Assembly: GCA_963668715.1 (NCBI GenBank)
Contig: OY764960.1
Coordinates: 2,681,078 to 2,745,077 of the forward strand
Length of the DNA stretch: 64,000 bases
DNA from: Bacteroidales bacterium
GTDB lineage: Bacteria; Bacteroidota; Bacteroidia; Bacteroidales; VadinHA17
Direction: 5' to 3'
This document shows positions 28,906-39,694 of the stretch, in pieces (position 1 is the stretch's first letter; each line of letters begins with the position of its first letter). The position numbers and the translations under genes are program-made. The notes beneath the pieces were generated by a model. The model was not told where the DNA came from and did no database searches. It saw only the letters and a program-made list of their open reading frames with translations.

Positions 28906-30975
28906 ATGAAGTCAAAAAAGCTTACATGCATGAGCCCGGTAATTCTCTTATTTATATTCTTTTTACCGGAGTCCTATGCCCAGGACTATGATATGAAATT
29001 CGGGCAGATACCTATGGAAGAACTGGCAATGTTAACATATGAAAGAGACACCAGCGCCAGCGCCGTTATATTGGGTGAATTTGGGGATATCACATTCAGA
29101 TATGATGAGAGTGACAACATGTTTAAAATTAATTTTGAACGACATACCCGAATAAAGATACTTAAGGTAGGCGGGTATGACTGGGCCGATCATGAAATAA
29201 GGCTTTATCATTCTCTTAATCTGAAAGAGACAGTTGGCAGGATAAGGGCTGCTACATATAACCTTGAAGGAGAAAAGATTGTTAAATCCAAATTAAATAA
29301 AAATGCTGTTTTCGTGGATCAGGTAAGTGACAACTGGCGATATGTTAAGTTTACCATGCCTGATGTAAAGGTAGGTTCTGTAATAGAATATACTTATATA
29401 GTCGAATCCGAATATTTAGTAAATTTTCCTGAGTGGAGATTTCAGTATAGTATTCCTGTTGCCTGGAGTGAGCTCAATGTGAAAATTCCTGAATATTTTG
29501 ATTATAAACAGATCATGTCGGATTATGAGTCTGTTTACATTAGCAATCATGAGACGGGCCATGACAGAATTTCTGTATCCAGTAAAAGCAAATCTTCCGG
29601 GGTCCGGAATATGGAACCTACTTCATTTACTACCCAGAATATCGATTTTTCTGTTAATAAATATCGTCATGTTGCCAGGAATATACCTGCATTTTCTAAT
29701 GAGCCAATGATTACAACTGCAGATAATTACATCTCAAAGATACGTTTTGAACTTCAGTCTGTGCAATTCCCTCGTCAGAAAATAGAGTATTTTACTACTA
29801 CCTGGGATGCTATTGCTAATAAGCTTATCGATCATGAGGATTTCGGACATGAGCTTATTAAAGAAGCATTTTATATGAATGACTTTATTAAAGAACTGGA
29901 TAGTAGCGTTGCCGATCCAATGGAAAGGATTGAAAAGATATATGATCATATAAAAAATTATATGAAATGGAATGGTAAATATTCAATATTCGTGACAAGT
30001 GAACTAAGAAAAGCTTATAATGATCAGTCAGGAAGTATCGGGGATATTAACCTTCTGTTGACCCTGTTACTGAAAAAAGCAGGGTTCAAAGCTTATCCTG
30101 TTGTGCTAAGCACAAGGAGTAACGGGATAATAAATACACACTTTCCTCAACTGACACAATTCAACTATGTTATTTGTATGGTAGTAGAGGATAATAACAG
30201 ATACCTGCTCGATGCGTCTGATAAGTTTTGTACTTTTAATCTGCTTCCTCAAAAATGTCTTAATGGCATGGGCCTTTATATCAGTGAAGAATCAACCGGC
30301 TGGGTAGAACTTAATCCTACAAGTATTTATGATTATGAGACAAACCTGACACTTGATATGACATCTGATGCAGGTTTTAGCGGGAAACTGCAAAATACAC
30401 GAAAAGATTATGCTGCATATTATCTGAGGAGAGCAATAGATGAGGAAAATGACAGTGATGAATTTGTAAAAAAAATACAGGACAGTAACCCCGGGCTCGA
30501 AATTGTTGAATACAATTATTCTAATCTGAGTGATGTGGATTTACCTGTGAATGAGGATTATACTATAAATATTGAGGATTTCGCTATTGTTGCCGGTGAT
30601 ATGATATATTTCAATCCAATGTTTTTTGAGCATATGCAATCCAATCCTTTCAAGCTGGAAGACAGGAAGTATCCGATTGATTATTCCTATCCGAGATGTG
30701 AAAAGTATACATTGTCCCTAAAAATACCTGAAGACTATGATATAGTTGAAATGCCGGCAAAAGAGACTCTCTCAATGAGAGACGGATCTGCAACATACCT
30801 GTATGATATACAGTTTAATGAAGGCAGTCTGACGCTTGAGTCAGAGTTAAAGATAAATAAAAGCATATTTGTCTTTAACGAATATGCTGAATTGAAACAA
30901 TTTTATACAGATATTGTCAAAGCGCAATCACAACAAGTAGTATTAGAGAAATCCGTTTCACTTCCTGAGTTATGA
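28906..30975 (+). CDS. DUF3857 + transglutaminase-like exported protein (no catalytic Cys)
   Basis: FTMPDVKVGSVIEY, W.FQ..IP, GSIGDINLLL, FNYVI, LLDAS. Confidence 0.85.
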   Translation: MKSKKLTCMSPVILLFIFFLPESYAQDYDMKFGQIPMEELAMLTYERDTSASAVILGEFGDITFRYDESDNMFKINFERHTRIKILKVGGYDWADHEIRLYHSLNLKETVGRIRAATYNLEGEKIVKSKLNKNAVFVDQVSDNWRYVKFTMPDVKVGSVIEYTYIVESEYLVNFPEWRFQYSIPVAWSELNVKIPEYFDYKQIMSDYESVYISNHETGHDRISVSSKSKSSGVRNMEPTSFTTQNIDFSVNKYRHVARNIPAFSNEPMITTADNYISKIRFELQSVQFPRQKIEYFTTTWDAIANKLIDHEDFGHELIKEAFYMNDFIKELDSSVADPMERIEKIYDHIKNYMKWNGKYSIFVTSELRKAYNDQSGSIGDINLLLTLLLKKAGFKAYPVVLSTRSNGIINTHFPQLTQFNYVICMVVEDNNRYLLDASDKFCTFNLLPQKCLNGMGLYISEESTGWVELNPTSIYDYETNLTLDMTSDAGFSGKLQNTRKDYAAYYLRRAIDEENDSDEFVKKIQDSNPGLEIVEYNYSNLSDVDLPVNEDYTINIEDFAIVAGDMIYFNPMFFEHMQSNPFKLEDRKYPIDYSYPRCEKYTLSLKIPEDYDIVEMPAKETLSMRDGSATYLYDIQFNEGSLTLESELKINKSIFVFNEYAELKQFYTDIVKAQSQQVVLEKSVSLPEL

Positions 30976-32882
30976 AAATAAAGATTACTTTATGTGTGCT
31001 TCTGGTTTTACTTACTGCATTTGGCGGTGTAAGCAATAATGAATACACGGTAGCCGAAATTCCGGAGGAACTGTTGGAAGGTGCGCTGGCAATAGTCAGA
31101 TATTCGAAAAGAACTTTCAGGGTAAATTCAGAATCTTCTGCAAGCTTATCAGTGAAGAAGGCAATTACAATTTTAAGTGATAAAGCAGATGAATATGCTA
31201 TTGTTAACCTTGTATATGATAAGTTTAACGTAATAGGTAATCTAAGTGTCAGACTTTATGATAAAGACGGCAAACTGATAAGAAAGGTCAGAAACCAGGA
31301 AATTGAGGATTACAGCTCGTTCGACGGGTATTCTGTTTTTGCTGATAACAGACAGAAATATTATAAGCCGAATGTTGCATCCTACCCTTATACTATTGAA
31401 TATGAGTATGATTACATATATAAAGGCTTGTTGCAGTACCCTGCATGGCAACCTGTTAACAGATACGATCTTGCAGTTCAGAAATCTGAGTACGAAATAA
31501 TCACGCCTTCTGATTTTAAGATCAGATTATTTGAATCTAATCTATACGATGAAGGAATAAGGTATACGAAGGATGAGTTAAATTATTATTGCTGGCAGGT
31601 ATCAGATATCAGAGCAATTGAAGATGAGGCTTTCAATCCCTATCTGTTTGAATTTACTCCGGTGGTATATGCAGCCCCGAATGTTTTCGAGATAAGCGGT
31701 TACAAAGGAAATATGGAAACATGGAGCGGATTCGGGAGCTGGATTTTCAAATTGATGGAGGACAGGGATAATTTATCATCTGAAACCTTGGAGATACTTA
31801 AAAAGCTTGAAGCTGAATCAGTGGATCAGACGGATCTGATCAGAAAGGTGTATGAGTTTGTTCAGAAAAATACAAGATACGTGAGCATCCAGCTTGGTAT
31901 AGGTAGCTGGCAACCAATGTCGGCGACTGAGGTGGAAAATACCGGCTATGGCGATTGTAAGGCTCTTACAAATTACACATATGCGCTGCTGAAAGCTTTG
32001 GGCATTAAATCATATTATTCTATTGTCAGGGCCGGAGAGTCAGTTCCTGATATAAATAAAGACTTCGTCAGTAACCAGTCGAATCATGTTATATTATGTG
32101 TGCCGCAAATGAACGATACCATCTGGCTTGAATGTACAAGCCAGACATCACCTTTTGGATATATTGGCAGTTTTACGTCCGATCGTTATGCTTTATTAGT
32201 AAAAGATGACGGAGGCATACTTGTGAGGACCAGAAAATATAAGCAATCTGAGAACCTTCAGGTCATTAATGCTATCGTTGATATTAAGTCAGGAGAAGAA
32301 AGCTATGCCGATATCGAGATTGTCTGTTCCGGGCTGCAATATGAAACCTTTTCTCATCTTTTACATAAATCGCCGGATGATATCGCAAAATGGATATATA
32401 ACAATACAGAAATAAATAATATTGATCTGAACAGTTATGATATTGCACAGAAGGGATCAGTAGATCCTGAAATAAGATTGAAGGAGGAATTGCGGATTCA
32501 ACATTATACCGCGGAAACAGGCGAAAGATTGTTCCTCCCAATGAACCTGCTTAACAGGATTGATTATGTGCCACCTCGTATTAAGGATAGAAAGACCAGT
32601 GTCGTTAGAAGATATCCTTATATTGATTTCGATACGATAAAATATATTATTCCTGATGATTATATGATCGAGGCATTACCGAAAGACTTAAAATATGAAA
32701 CGGTCTTTGGTGATTATATAGCAACATTTAATGTTGATGATGATACAATAATATATACCAGAAAAGTTGTAATGAATGAAGGGATCTTTGAACCTTCAGA
32801 ATATGATGTCTTACGTAATTTTTGCAGGGATATTTCAAAGGCAGATAATGCAAAAGCTGTACTGGTGAGAACGGATGATTAA
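30972..32882 (+). CDS. DUF3857 + transglutaminase-like exported protein
   Basis: RYVSIQLGIG, YGDCKALTNY (Cys), NHVIL, WLECT. Confidence 0.87.
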   Translation: MKIKITLCVLLVLLTAFGGVSNNEYTVAEIPEELLEGALAIVRYSKRTFRVNSESSASLSVKKAITILSDKADEYAIVNLVYDKFNVIGNLSVRLYDKDGKLIRKVRNQEIEDYSSFDGYSVFADNRQKYYKPNVASYPYTIEYEYDYIYKGLLQYPAWQPVNRYDLAVQKSEYEIITPSDFKIRLFESNLYDEGIRYTKDELNYYCWQVSDIRAIEDEAFNPYLFEFTPVVYAAPNVFEISGYKGNMETWSGFGSWIFKLMEDRDNLSSETLEILKKLEAESVDQTDLIRKVYEFVQKNTRYVSIQLGIGSWQPMSATEVENTGYGDCKALTNYTYALLKALGIKSYYSIVRAGESVPDINKDFVSNQSNHVILCVPQMNDTIWLECTSQTSPFGYIGSFTSDRYALLVKDDGGILVRTRKYKQSENLQVINAIVDIKSGEESYADIEIVCSGLQYETFSHLLHKSPDDIAKWIYNNTEINNIDLNSYDIAQKGSVDPEIRLKEELRIQHYTAETGERLFLPMNLLNRIDYVPPRIKDRKTSVVRRYPYIDFDTIKYIIPDDYMIEALPKDLKYETVFGDYIATFNVDDDTIIYTRKVVMNEGIFEPSEYDVLRNFCRDISKADNAKAVLVRTDD

Positions 32883-33020
32883 TGGAGTTGATCCTTCTTA
32901 AGCCTGTCATACACCTCCGTTTCTAATTTACTTGTAATTAATTATTCCGGATTTTTTATGTTTGTTGCGTATTTGTATTGATTAAATATAAATATGCTTA
33001 ATAATTGTTATATTTGCATC

Positions 33021-33173
33021 GTGGAAATTTTAAAATATATATTAAAAGATCATAATAACAGGAAATATTCTATTTCTGTCCTGCGTGATTGGTTTTCCAC
33101 TTCCACTTCTTCAGTTATTATGGCAGTAACCTCTGGTTCTGCATCCACGACCTCTACCGGGACTCCCTTTTAG
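33021..33173 (+). CDS. Putative Thr/Ser-rich leader peptide of thrA (50 aa)
   Basis: GTG start 4 nt after TATATTTG (33009-33016); ends ...STSTSSVIMAVTSGSASTTSTGTPF*; the stop lies inside hairpin ACTCCC-TTTTA-GGGAGT. Confidence 0.6.
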   Translation: MEILKYILKDHNNRKYSISVLRDWFSTSTSSVIMAVTSGSASTTSTGTPF

Positions 33174-33264
33174 GGAGTAATTTAATCATATCGCCATAAG
33201 TGGATTATCATCCAAAACTGTAAAGCAGTCAGCTAACTGATGTCAAATCTTTAATTAATTATAA

Positions 33265-35715
33265 ATGAAAGTTATGAAGTTCGGGGGTACATCCCTCGCA
33301 GGACCAGATCCGGTTAAACAGGTTTTTAATATAATAAACAAACAATTATCTGAAAATAAAATACTTGTCGTAGTATCAGCTATGGCCGGCGTGACAGATG
33401 GTCTTCTGCTATCGGCAGAATCGGCAAGAGACGGGAACAAGGATTATGAAACAATTATTGAGGAAATAAAGAACAGGCATATTGAGACTGCCAACTCATT
33501 GCTTAATGATATAGTATTGACAGACACTATTACTGCGATCAATGACAGATTCAGCATGGTCCTTGAGAACCTTCATGGCATATATCTTCTCAGAGAACTG
33601 TCCCCCGGGTCAAAAGATAAAATACTTGGTGCCGGTGAATATCTGTCTGCACATATACTGAAGTTTTTTTTTCAGGTAAGGGGAGTGAAGGCAGATCTTA
33701 TTGATTCCGCAGATTTCATTACCGGTGAAAACAGAAACGGGTCAGTCAAAATAGATTATGATAAAACATATGCGCGTATTGCATCGCTGAAACTTCATAA
33801 TTTAATTATTGCTCCCGGTTTTGTAGCTTCGGGTTCCGACGGGAAGTGTATTACCCTGGGCAGAGGAGGCTCGGACTATTCCGCGGCATTATTTGCGGCC
33901 GGATTAGATACGGAAAGTCTTGAAATATGGACAGATGTGGATGGCATCTTTACTGCAGACCCCGGAATGGTGCCTTCTTCATACCTGATTAGTCGCCTGT
34001 CTTACCAGGAAGCTCTTGAATTATCTCATTTCGGGGCTAAAATAATTTATCCCTTAACCATACACCCTGTATTTTCAAAAAAAATACCTGTTAATATCAG
34101 AAATACATTCAACCCCGAAGGAGAAGGAACAATAATATCATCAAGGGTACAAAGAGATGAGAGTATTATCAAAGGCCTTTCTTCTGTTTCTGATATATCT
34201 CTGATATTAGTCTCCGGTAGCGGAATGGTGGGAGTGTCGGGAATATCATCCAGGTTGTTTTCTTCCCTGGCAAAAAAGTATCTTAATGTAATCCTTATTA
34301 CTCAGGCTTCTTCGGAGCATTCTATCTGTATCGCGGTAAATACTGAAGTCGCATCACAGGCAGTTAAAGCTATAAAAGAGGAGTTCAGTTATGAGCTGTC
34401 TGTAAATAAAATAAACAGGATCGACAGGGAAGATGGGTTCTCAATAGTATCGATTGTTGGCGAAAAAATGATAAAAACGGTCGGTATCAGCGGTAAAGCC
34501 CTGGGCGCTTTAGGCAAAAACGGTATTAATATCCATGCTATTTCTCAGGGATCATCTGAGCTTAATATATCCCTGGTAATAAAAAAGGAACTTACCCGCA
34601 AATCACTGAATATTCTTCATGAAGAGTTTTTTCTGTCATCATACAAAACAGTCAACCTTTACATTGCAGGCACCGGGAATGTAGGCAGTAAACTGCTGCA
34701 GATGATAGAAAAGCAGGAGGAGTACCTGAAAAAAAAGAAAGGGGTCAGACTGGTTGTCAAGGGTATAACCAACAGCAGGAAAATGATTTTTAATGATGAG
34801 GGGATCTCATTACATGACTGGAAAGACCATATGGAGTCAGGCGAAAAAGCTGACATAAAAAGGTTTGCGGAAAAGATAATAACCAATAATTTCAGGAACA
34901 GTATTTTTATAGATAATACGGCAAATGATCAGGTAAGCGGAACTTACGGTACACTTATTTCATCATCTGTCAGCATCGTTACATGCAACAAGATAGCCGC
35001 TTCTTCGGAATATTCCTGTTATTCGAAACTAAAAGAGTCGGCACGAAAAAAGAATATACAGTTTTTATTCGAGAGCAATGTCGGGGCCGGATTGCCTGTG
35101 ATCAATACCATCAATAACCTAAAAAATTCAGGTGACGATATTCTGAAAATAGAGGGAGTCCTTTCGGGAAGCGTGAATTTTATTCTCAACCGTTTTTTGG
35201 ACGGGAGAAGCATAAGGGAATCTGTTGAAGAGGCTATGCAAAAAGGGTTTACCGAGCCTGATCCCAGGATAGATCTGTCAGGCACCGATATCGGAAGAAA
35301 AATCCTGATCCTGGCGAGGGAAGCCGGATATAATCTTGAACCCGGGGATGTTTCTGTAAAAAGGTTTTTACCTGAATCTTGTTTCAATACACCTGGTATT
35401 CCTGAATTCATTGCTGAACTTGATCAGGCTGAAAAGGACCTTACAGAACTAAGGCAAAAGGCAAACGAAGGAAATAAAAAGCTGAGGTTTATTGCAAGAT
35501 TCAGTGACCCTCTTGCTGTTGTTAACCTTGAAGAGGTTGATTCAAAAAACCCTTTTTATAATGTTGAGGACACTGACAATATGATTGTCCTTTATACCAG
35601 GTGGTATAACAGCCAGCCCCTGGTTATCAAAGGGGCAGGAGCAGGCGCAGAGCTTACCTCTTCAGGAATAATGTCCGATATTATGCAGATCACGGGAAAC
35701 GGATTCACAAACTGA
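33265..35715 (+). CDS. thrA: Bifunctional aspartokinase/homoserine dehydrogenase
   Basis: MKVMKFGGTS, LGRGGSDYSA, WTDVDG, two ACT domains, GTGNVG, NVGAGLP, GFTEPDPRIDLSG. Confidence 0.92.
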   Translation: MKVMKFGGTSLAGPDPVKQVFNIINKQLSENKILVVVSAMAGVTDGLLLSAESARDGNKDYETIIEEIKNRHIETANSLLNDIVLTDTITAINDRFSMVLENLHGIYLLRELSPGSKDKILGAGEYLSAHILKFFFQVRGVKADLIDSADFITGENRNGSVKIDYDKTYARIASLKLHNLIIAPGFVASGSDGKCITLGRGGSDYSAALFAAGLDTESLEIWTDVDGIFTADPGMVPSSYLISRLSYQEALELSHFGAKIIYPLTIHPVFSKKIPVNIRNTFNPEGEGTIISSRVQRDESIIKGLSSVSDISLILVSGSGMVGVSGISSRLFSSLAKKYLNVILITQASSEHSICIAVNTEVASQAVKAIKEEFSYELSVNKINRIDREDGFSIVSIVGEKMIKTVGISGKALGALGKNGINIHAISQGSSELNISLVIKKELTRKSLNILHEEFFLSSYKTVNLYIAGTGNVGSKLLQMIEKQEEYLKKKKGVRLVVKGITNSRKMIFNDEGISLHDWKDHMESGEKADIKRFAEKIITNNFRNSIFIDNTANDQVSGTYGTLISSSVSIVTCNKIAASSEYSCYSKLKESARKKNIQFLFESNVGAGLPVINTINNLKNSGDDILKIEGVLSGSVNFILNRFLDGRSIRESVEEAMQKGFTEPDPRIDLSGTDIGRKILILAREAGYNLEPGDVSVKRFLPESCFNTPGIPEFIAELDQAEKDLTELRQKANEGNKKLRFIARFSDPLAVVNLEEVDSKNPFYNVEDTDNMIVLYTRWYNSQPLVIKGAGAGAELTSSGIMSDIMQITGNGFTN

Positions 35716-35789
35716 TGTTTATCTGTATTTGAAACAAAACAATTTACTGTTCTGGTTGTTTGATTAGAAATTGTTAACAGTGCGGTTAA

Positions 35790-36653
35790 ATGCCAGTAAT
35801 CCATTCAGAGATAGATACCGGATCAGATGAGTTCAAAGTCAATTACCGGAATAACAGGAAGCTGTATGACGAGATAAGAAGGTTAAGATGGGATATATTA
35901 TACAAAAGGGATAATGCAGTCATAAGGAAGCATAAACAGCGTGGAAAGTTACTGGCGATCGAAAGAATAGAAGCCCTGACTGATAAAGGCGCCAGGTTCC
36001 TGGAGTTCAAGGCTGGCTACGGTACGACAATGCTTACAGGATTTGCTCACATCACAGGCTATAAAGTAGGGATAATAGCAAATAATGGTATTATATATTC
36101 AGAGACAGCTTTAAAAACCACTCATTTTATTGAGCTGTGCTGCTCCAGAAACATACCTCTGGTGTTCCTCCAGAATATTTCCGGCTTTATGGTAGGAAAG
36201 GAGTATGAACACGGTGGCATAGCCAAAGACGGGGCCAAAATGATCCATGCAGTGGCAACGGCTAATGTGCCCAGGTTTACTGTAATCATTGGAAATTCAT
36301 CAGGCGCAGGGAACTATGCCATGGCCGGCAGGGCATATGACCCTAACCTTCTCTTTATATGGCCAAATTCCAGAATATCGGTTATGGGAGCCCGGCAGGC
36401 TTCTGAGGTACTGATTAGTATTAAGAAGACAGGAAAGCAGTCCGGCTCAAACGTAAGCAGCGATACTGCAGTGATGAAGCAGAAGATCATGGAGAATTAT
36501 GAAAATGAAAGCTCACCGGTATACAGTACTTCAAGGTTGTGGGATGATGGGATAATTGACCCTGCCGACACGCGTGATATTCTGGCAATGGGTATATCCA
36601 TGTCACTGAATAAACCCTTTCCGGAACCGAAAACAGGAGTATACAGGATGTAA
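35790..36653 (+). pseudogene. Methylcrotonyl-CoA carboxylase beta subunit with large in-frame internal deletion
   Basis: N-term [13 protein letters not shown]...FLE joins directly to FKAGYGTT...; C-terminal carboxyltransferase half is intact ([23 protein letters not shown]). 287 aa against the usual ~535 aa. Confidence 0.75.
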
Positions 36654-36670
36654 AAACAGACAGTCATTAG

Positions 36671-37405
36671 ATGGTTCAGACAGAGATAAATGATGATATA
36701 GCAGTTATATGGTTAAACAGGCCGGAGTCAAGAAATGCCGTTAACTCTGAAATGATTGATGAATTGCTCCGTGCGATGAGAGAAATAGAAGGCCGTCAGG
36801 ATATTAAAATGATATTGTTAAAAGGTAAAGGGCGATCCTTTTGCGCCGGGGCAGATATTAACTGGATGCAACGGTCGGGCCGGTCAGGCAGACGGGTAAA
36901 CTACCTGCAGAGCAGAAAACTGGCTTCCGTTTTTCATGAGTTCTACATGTCGGATAAGGTGATTATCAGCATAGTACACGGACATGCCTATGGCGGCGCT
37001 CTTGGGTTTCTGGCTGTCAGCGATGTTGTTTTTTCTTTGGAAGATACCCTGTTCAGTCTTCCCGAGATCAGGCTGGGTTTGTTGCCAGCGGTTATCAGTC
37101 CCTACCTGCTGACACGTATAAGTGAGAAGGGGCTTAAATACCGGGTTTTTACAGCATCTGAATTCGGCGCTGCTGAAGCAAAGGAAATGGGACTGGTGGA
37201 TTTTGTTTGTGCGGATATTGATGATCTGGGAAAGCAGGTCGGTAATATGACAGGTATGATATCCTCCGTTTCGGCGTATACTCTGGCTGAGGGAAAGAGA
37301 CTGTTCAGAAAATATAACAGGAATATTGTCAACAGAGGGAACATAAAGTATGGTATTGATGTTATAACAAGGTTAAAGAGTGCCGGTACTCCGTCATTAC
37401 GGTAG
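36671..37405 (+). CDS. Enoyl-CoA hydratase/isomerase (methylglutaconyl-CoA hydratase-like)
   Basis: LNRPESRNA, FCAGADINWM, GHAYGGALG, LPEIRLGLLPAVISPY. Confidence 0.82.
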   Translation: MVQTEINDDIAVIWLNRPESRNAVNSEMIDELLRAMREIEGRQDIKMILLKGKGRSFCAGADINWMQRSGRSGRRVNYLQSRKLASVFHEFYMSDKVIISIVHGHAYGGALGFLAVSDVVFSLEDTLFSLPEIRLGLLPAVISPYLLTRISEKGLKYRVFTASEFGAAEAKEMGLVDFVCADIDDLGKQVGNMTGMISSVSAYTLAEGKRLFRKYNRNIVNRGNIKYGIDVITRLKSAGTPSLR

Positions 37406-37439
37406 TAATATATCCGGAAACAAGAATAGTTGATTACTT

Positions 37440-37709
37440 ATGACTGAATTATATAGCAGGCATCCCCTGGTTCGGGAAAGACATAACAGATTAAGAAAGA
37501 AGATCAGGGAATTTGCTGAGAATGAAATAAAGCCGGTAGCAATAGAGCTGGACAGGAAAGGTAAGTTCTCTCAACGGATGACTAAAAGGCTGGGTGAGAT
37601 GGGCCTGTTCGGGATCACCCTGCCGGAGGGGGTGTTTATTTCCTCGGATTTACAGGTAACCTTTCAGAGACAAGGCAATATTTTACTGAATCAGGTTTCG
37701 GCTTCTTAA
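37440..37709 (+). pseudogene. Acyl-CoA dehydrogenase N-terminal fragment
   Basis: IREFAENEIKP...LGEMGLFGITLPE, then homology is lost. Confidence 0.75.
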
Positions 37710-37722
37710 GTTTTGATAAATG

Positions 37723-38364
37723 TCAGAAATAAACTTCCGACTTTATATTTGACAGGTTAACACCTTTTTTCCGTAATATATCATAAACACTATATATCAT
37801 ATTGCTGTTCCCGCATATATAGTAAAGATGGTTATCATCAATATCCATTTTCTCAAGACATGACGTTATCCTTCCTGAAGTATACAGGTCTTCTTCACCT
37901 GAAGTACATAGAATATACCTGCCGGCAGCATAATCGTTCATGTCATATGCCTCATCCGAAAACCTTACCCCGTGAAGCAGGGTGTAGTCAATCCCGGGAT
38001 ATGAAAGGATGAAACTGTGAAAAGGCGCTATTCCTGTGCCTGAAGCTATAAACACATATTTTTTGTTATATATCTCTTCTCTGTTGAGTGTCATATACCC
38101 AAAGGGGCCGTCGACTTCCAGCATTTGTCCCGGTCTGCAGTTTCTTAGCTGTACTGAAACGTTCCCGTTTGTAACCTCCCTGATCAATACATCAACGTAT
38201 TCATCATTCTCTCCGCTGTATATGGAATATTCACGATGATTAAGAGAGCCTTCAATACCGACAGAGATATATTGTCCTGGCATAAAATTCAGATTTTCCT
38301 TCTCAAAACTCAGTATATATGTGTTATCAGTCAGATGCCTTATTCCCTTGATTCTTCTTTTCAT
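37723..38364 (-). CDS. Ferredoxin-NADP reductase-like FAD/NAD(P) oxidoreductase
   Basis: FMPGQY, REYSIYS, GPFG, FIASGTGIAPF, YICGN, SEVYF. Confidence 0.85.
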   Translation of the reverse strand: MKRRIKGIRHLTDNTYILSFEKENLNFMPGQYISVGIEGSLNHREYSIYSGENDEYVDVLIREVTNGNVSVQLRNCRPGQMLEVDGPFGYMTLNREEIYNKKYVFIASGTGIAPFHSFILSYPGIDYTLLHGVRFSDEAYDMNDYAAGRYILCTSGEEDLYTSGRITSCLEKMDIDDNHLYYICGNSNMIYSVYDILRKKGVNLSNIKSEVYF

Positions 38365-38638
38365 ATCTTCTTCTGCAAACTTTTATGAGATTTACCTGTA
38401 TACCGGTTTTTGATCACCAGTCATTTTACAGGTATGGATTTTAAACAATCTTCAGACTTCAATTGTTCATCACCTGTACCAAAACCGGGGTTATGAGTAT
38501 AATTACAGATAAGAACCGTCTGCCACGATGGATGAAAGTCCCTCTGCCTCACGGATCCGCTCGTTCGGTCATCATATCATTCAGAGCGGCATGTCAGGGT
38601 ATGAATATTAGTAAAACAATCATTTAAAATATATTATT

Positions 38639-39646
38639 ATGGCTTCAAATATATCATTCTGGGTTAAGTCCCTGAGAGTTATCCCCCAGGTCTCGAAAGA
38701 TGAATGGCTTACTCTTGACACTATTTCCAGGTGGCTGGTGGCAACGCGTTCCGCTGTTTTTATAATGACCGCTATCTCTTCTGTTCTGGGAGGGATCCTT
38801 GCATATTATTATACAGGCGCTTTTGACTTTGTTAACTTTTTATTATGCCTGGCAGGTCTTGTTTTTGCACATGCCGCAAACAACCTTATCAACGACCTTG
38901 TTGATTTCAATAAAGGCATTGACAGGGATAACTATTACCGAACCCTTTACGGTCCTCAGATAATAGAAAGAGGCTATACGTCGGTAAAGACTTTCTACCT
39001 GTATATAGCTGTTACCCTTTTTCTGGCCCTGGCCTGCGGAACAGCGCTTTTATTCAGGGGAGGAACAACGGTTTTGTATTTCATGATTGCCGGTATCTTT
39101 TTTCTTGTGTTTTATACCTGGCCTTTGAAATATATCGGACTTGGTGAGCTTACTGTTGTTTTTGTCTGGGGTCCGTTAATGATAGGTGGTGCATTTTATG
39201 TCGTATCCGGAGGACAATGGAACTGGGATGTTGTTTTTCTTAGCCTCGTATATGCGATAGGGCCTACCAGCGTTATATTCGGTAAACATATAGATAAGCT
39301 CGATAAGGACAAAGAAAAAAGAGTGCATACACTTCCTGTAATAATCGGTGAGCGAACTGCCCGGTATACCGTTTTGGTTGTATGGTTATTACAGTACATA
39401 GCTACCGGTATACTCGTGCTGGAAAATATCCTGGGCTATGCCATGTTGCTTGTATTGTTGGCCATACCCTCATTTATAAAGACAGCCGGTGTGTTTTTCA
39501 GCCCTAAGCCTGCTGACAGGCCTAAAAAAGGAGCTGTTACATGGCCTCTGTACTTTGCTTCATATGCCTTTGTGTATAACCGTAGATTCAGCCTTTTGTT
39601 TCTGACGGGAGTAATTTTGAGCCTGGTGCAGGAAAGGGTCTTTTAG
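38639..39646 (+). CDS. UbiA-family prenyltransferase (MenA-like)
   Basis: NNLINDLVDFNKGID, PLKYIGLGEL, DKLDKD...TLPVIIG; multiple TM helices. Confidence 0.82.
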   Translation: MASNISFWVKSLRVIPQVSKDEWLTLDTISRWLVATRSAVFIMTAISSVLGGILAYYYTGAFDFVNFLLCLAGLVFAHAANNLINDLVDFNKGIDRDNYYRTLYGPQIIERGYTSVKTFYLYIAVTLFLALACGTALLFRGGTTVLYFMIAGIFFLVFYTWPLKYIGLGELTVVFVWGPLMIGGAFYVVSGGQWNWDVVFLSLVYAIGPTSVIFGKHIDKLDKDKEKRVHTLPVIIGERTARYTVLVVWLLQYIATGILVLENILGYAMLLVLLAIPSFIKTAGVFFSPKPADRPKKGAVTWPLYFASYAFVYNRRFSLLFLTGVILSLVQERVF

Positions 39647-39694
39647 CCGGAGGGGTCTCAACATACCCTGTGCGCTGACCTTACCGGATGTATG

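Noticed and set aside
38380-38630. Possible riboswitch between the FNR-like and menA-like genes (TACCTGTA...TACAGGTA stem)
   Set aside because: No recognisable riboswitch consensus; one 8-bp stem is too weak.
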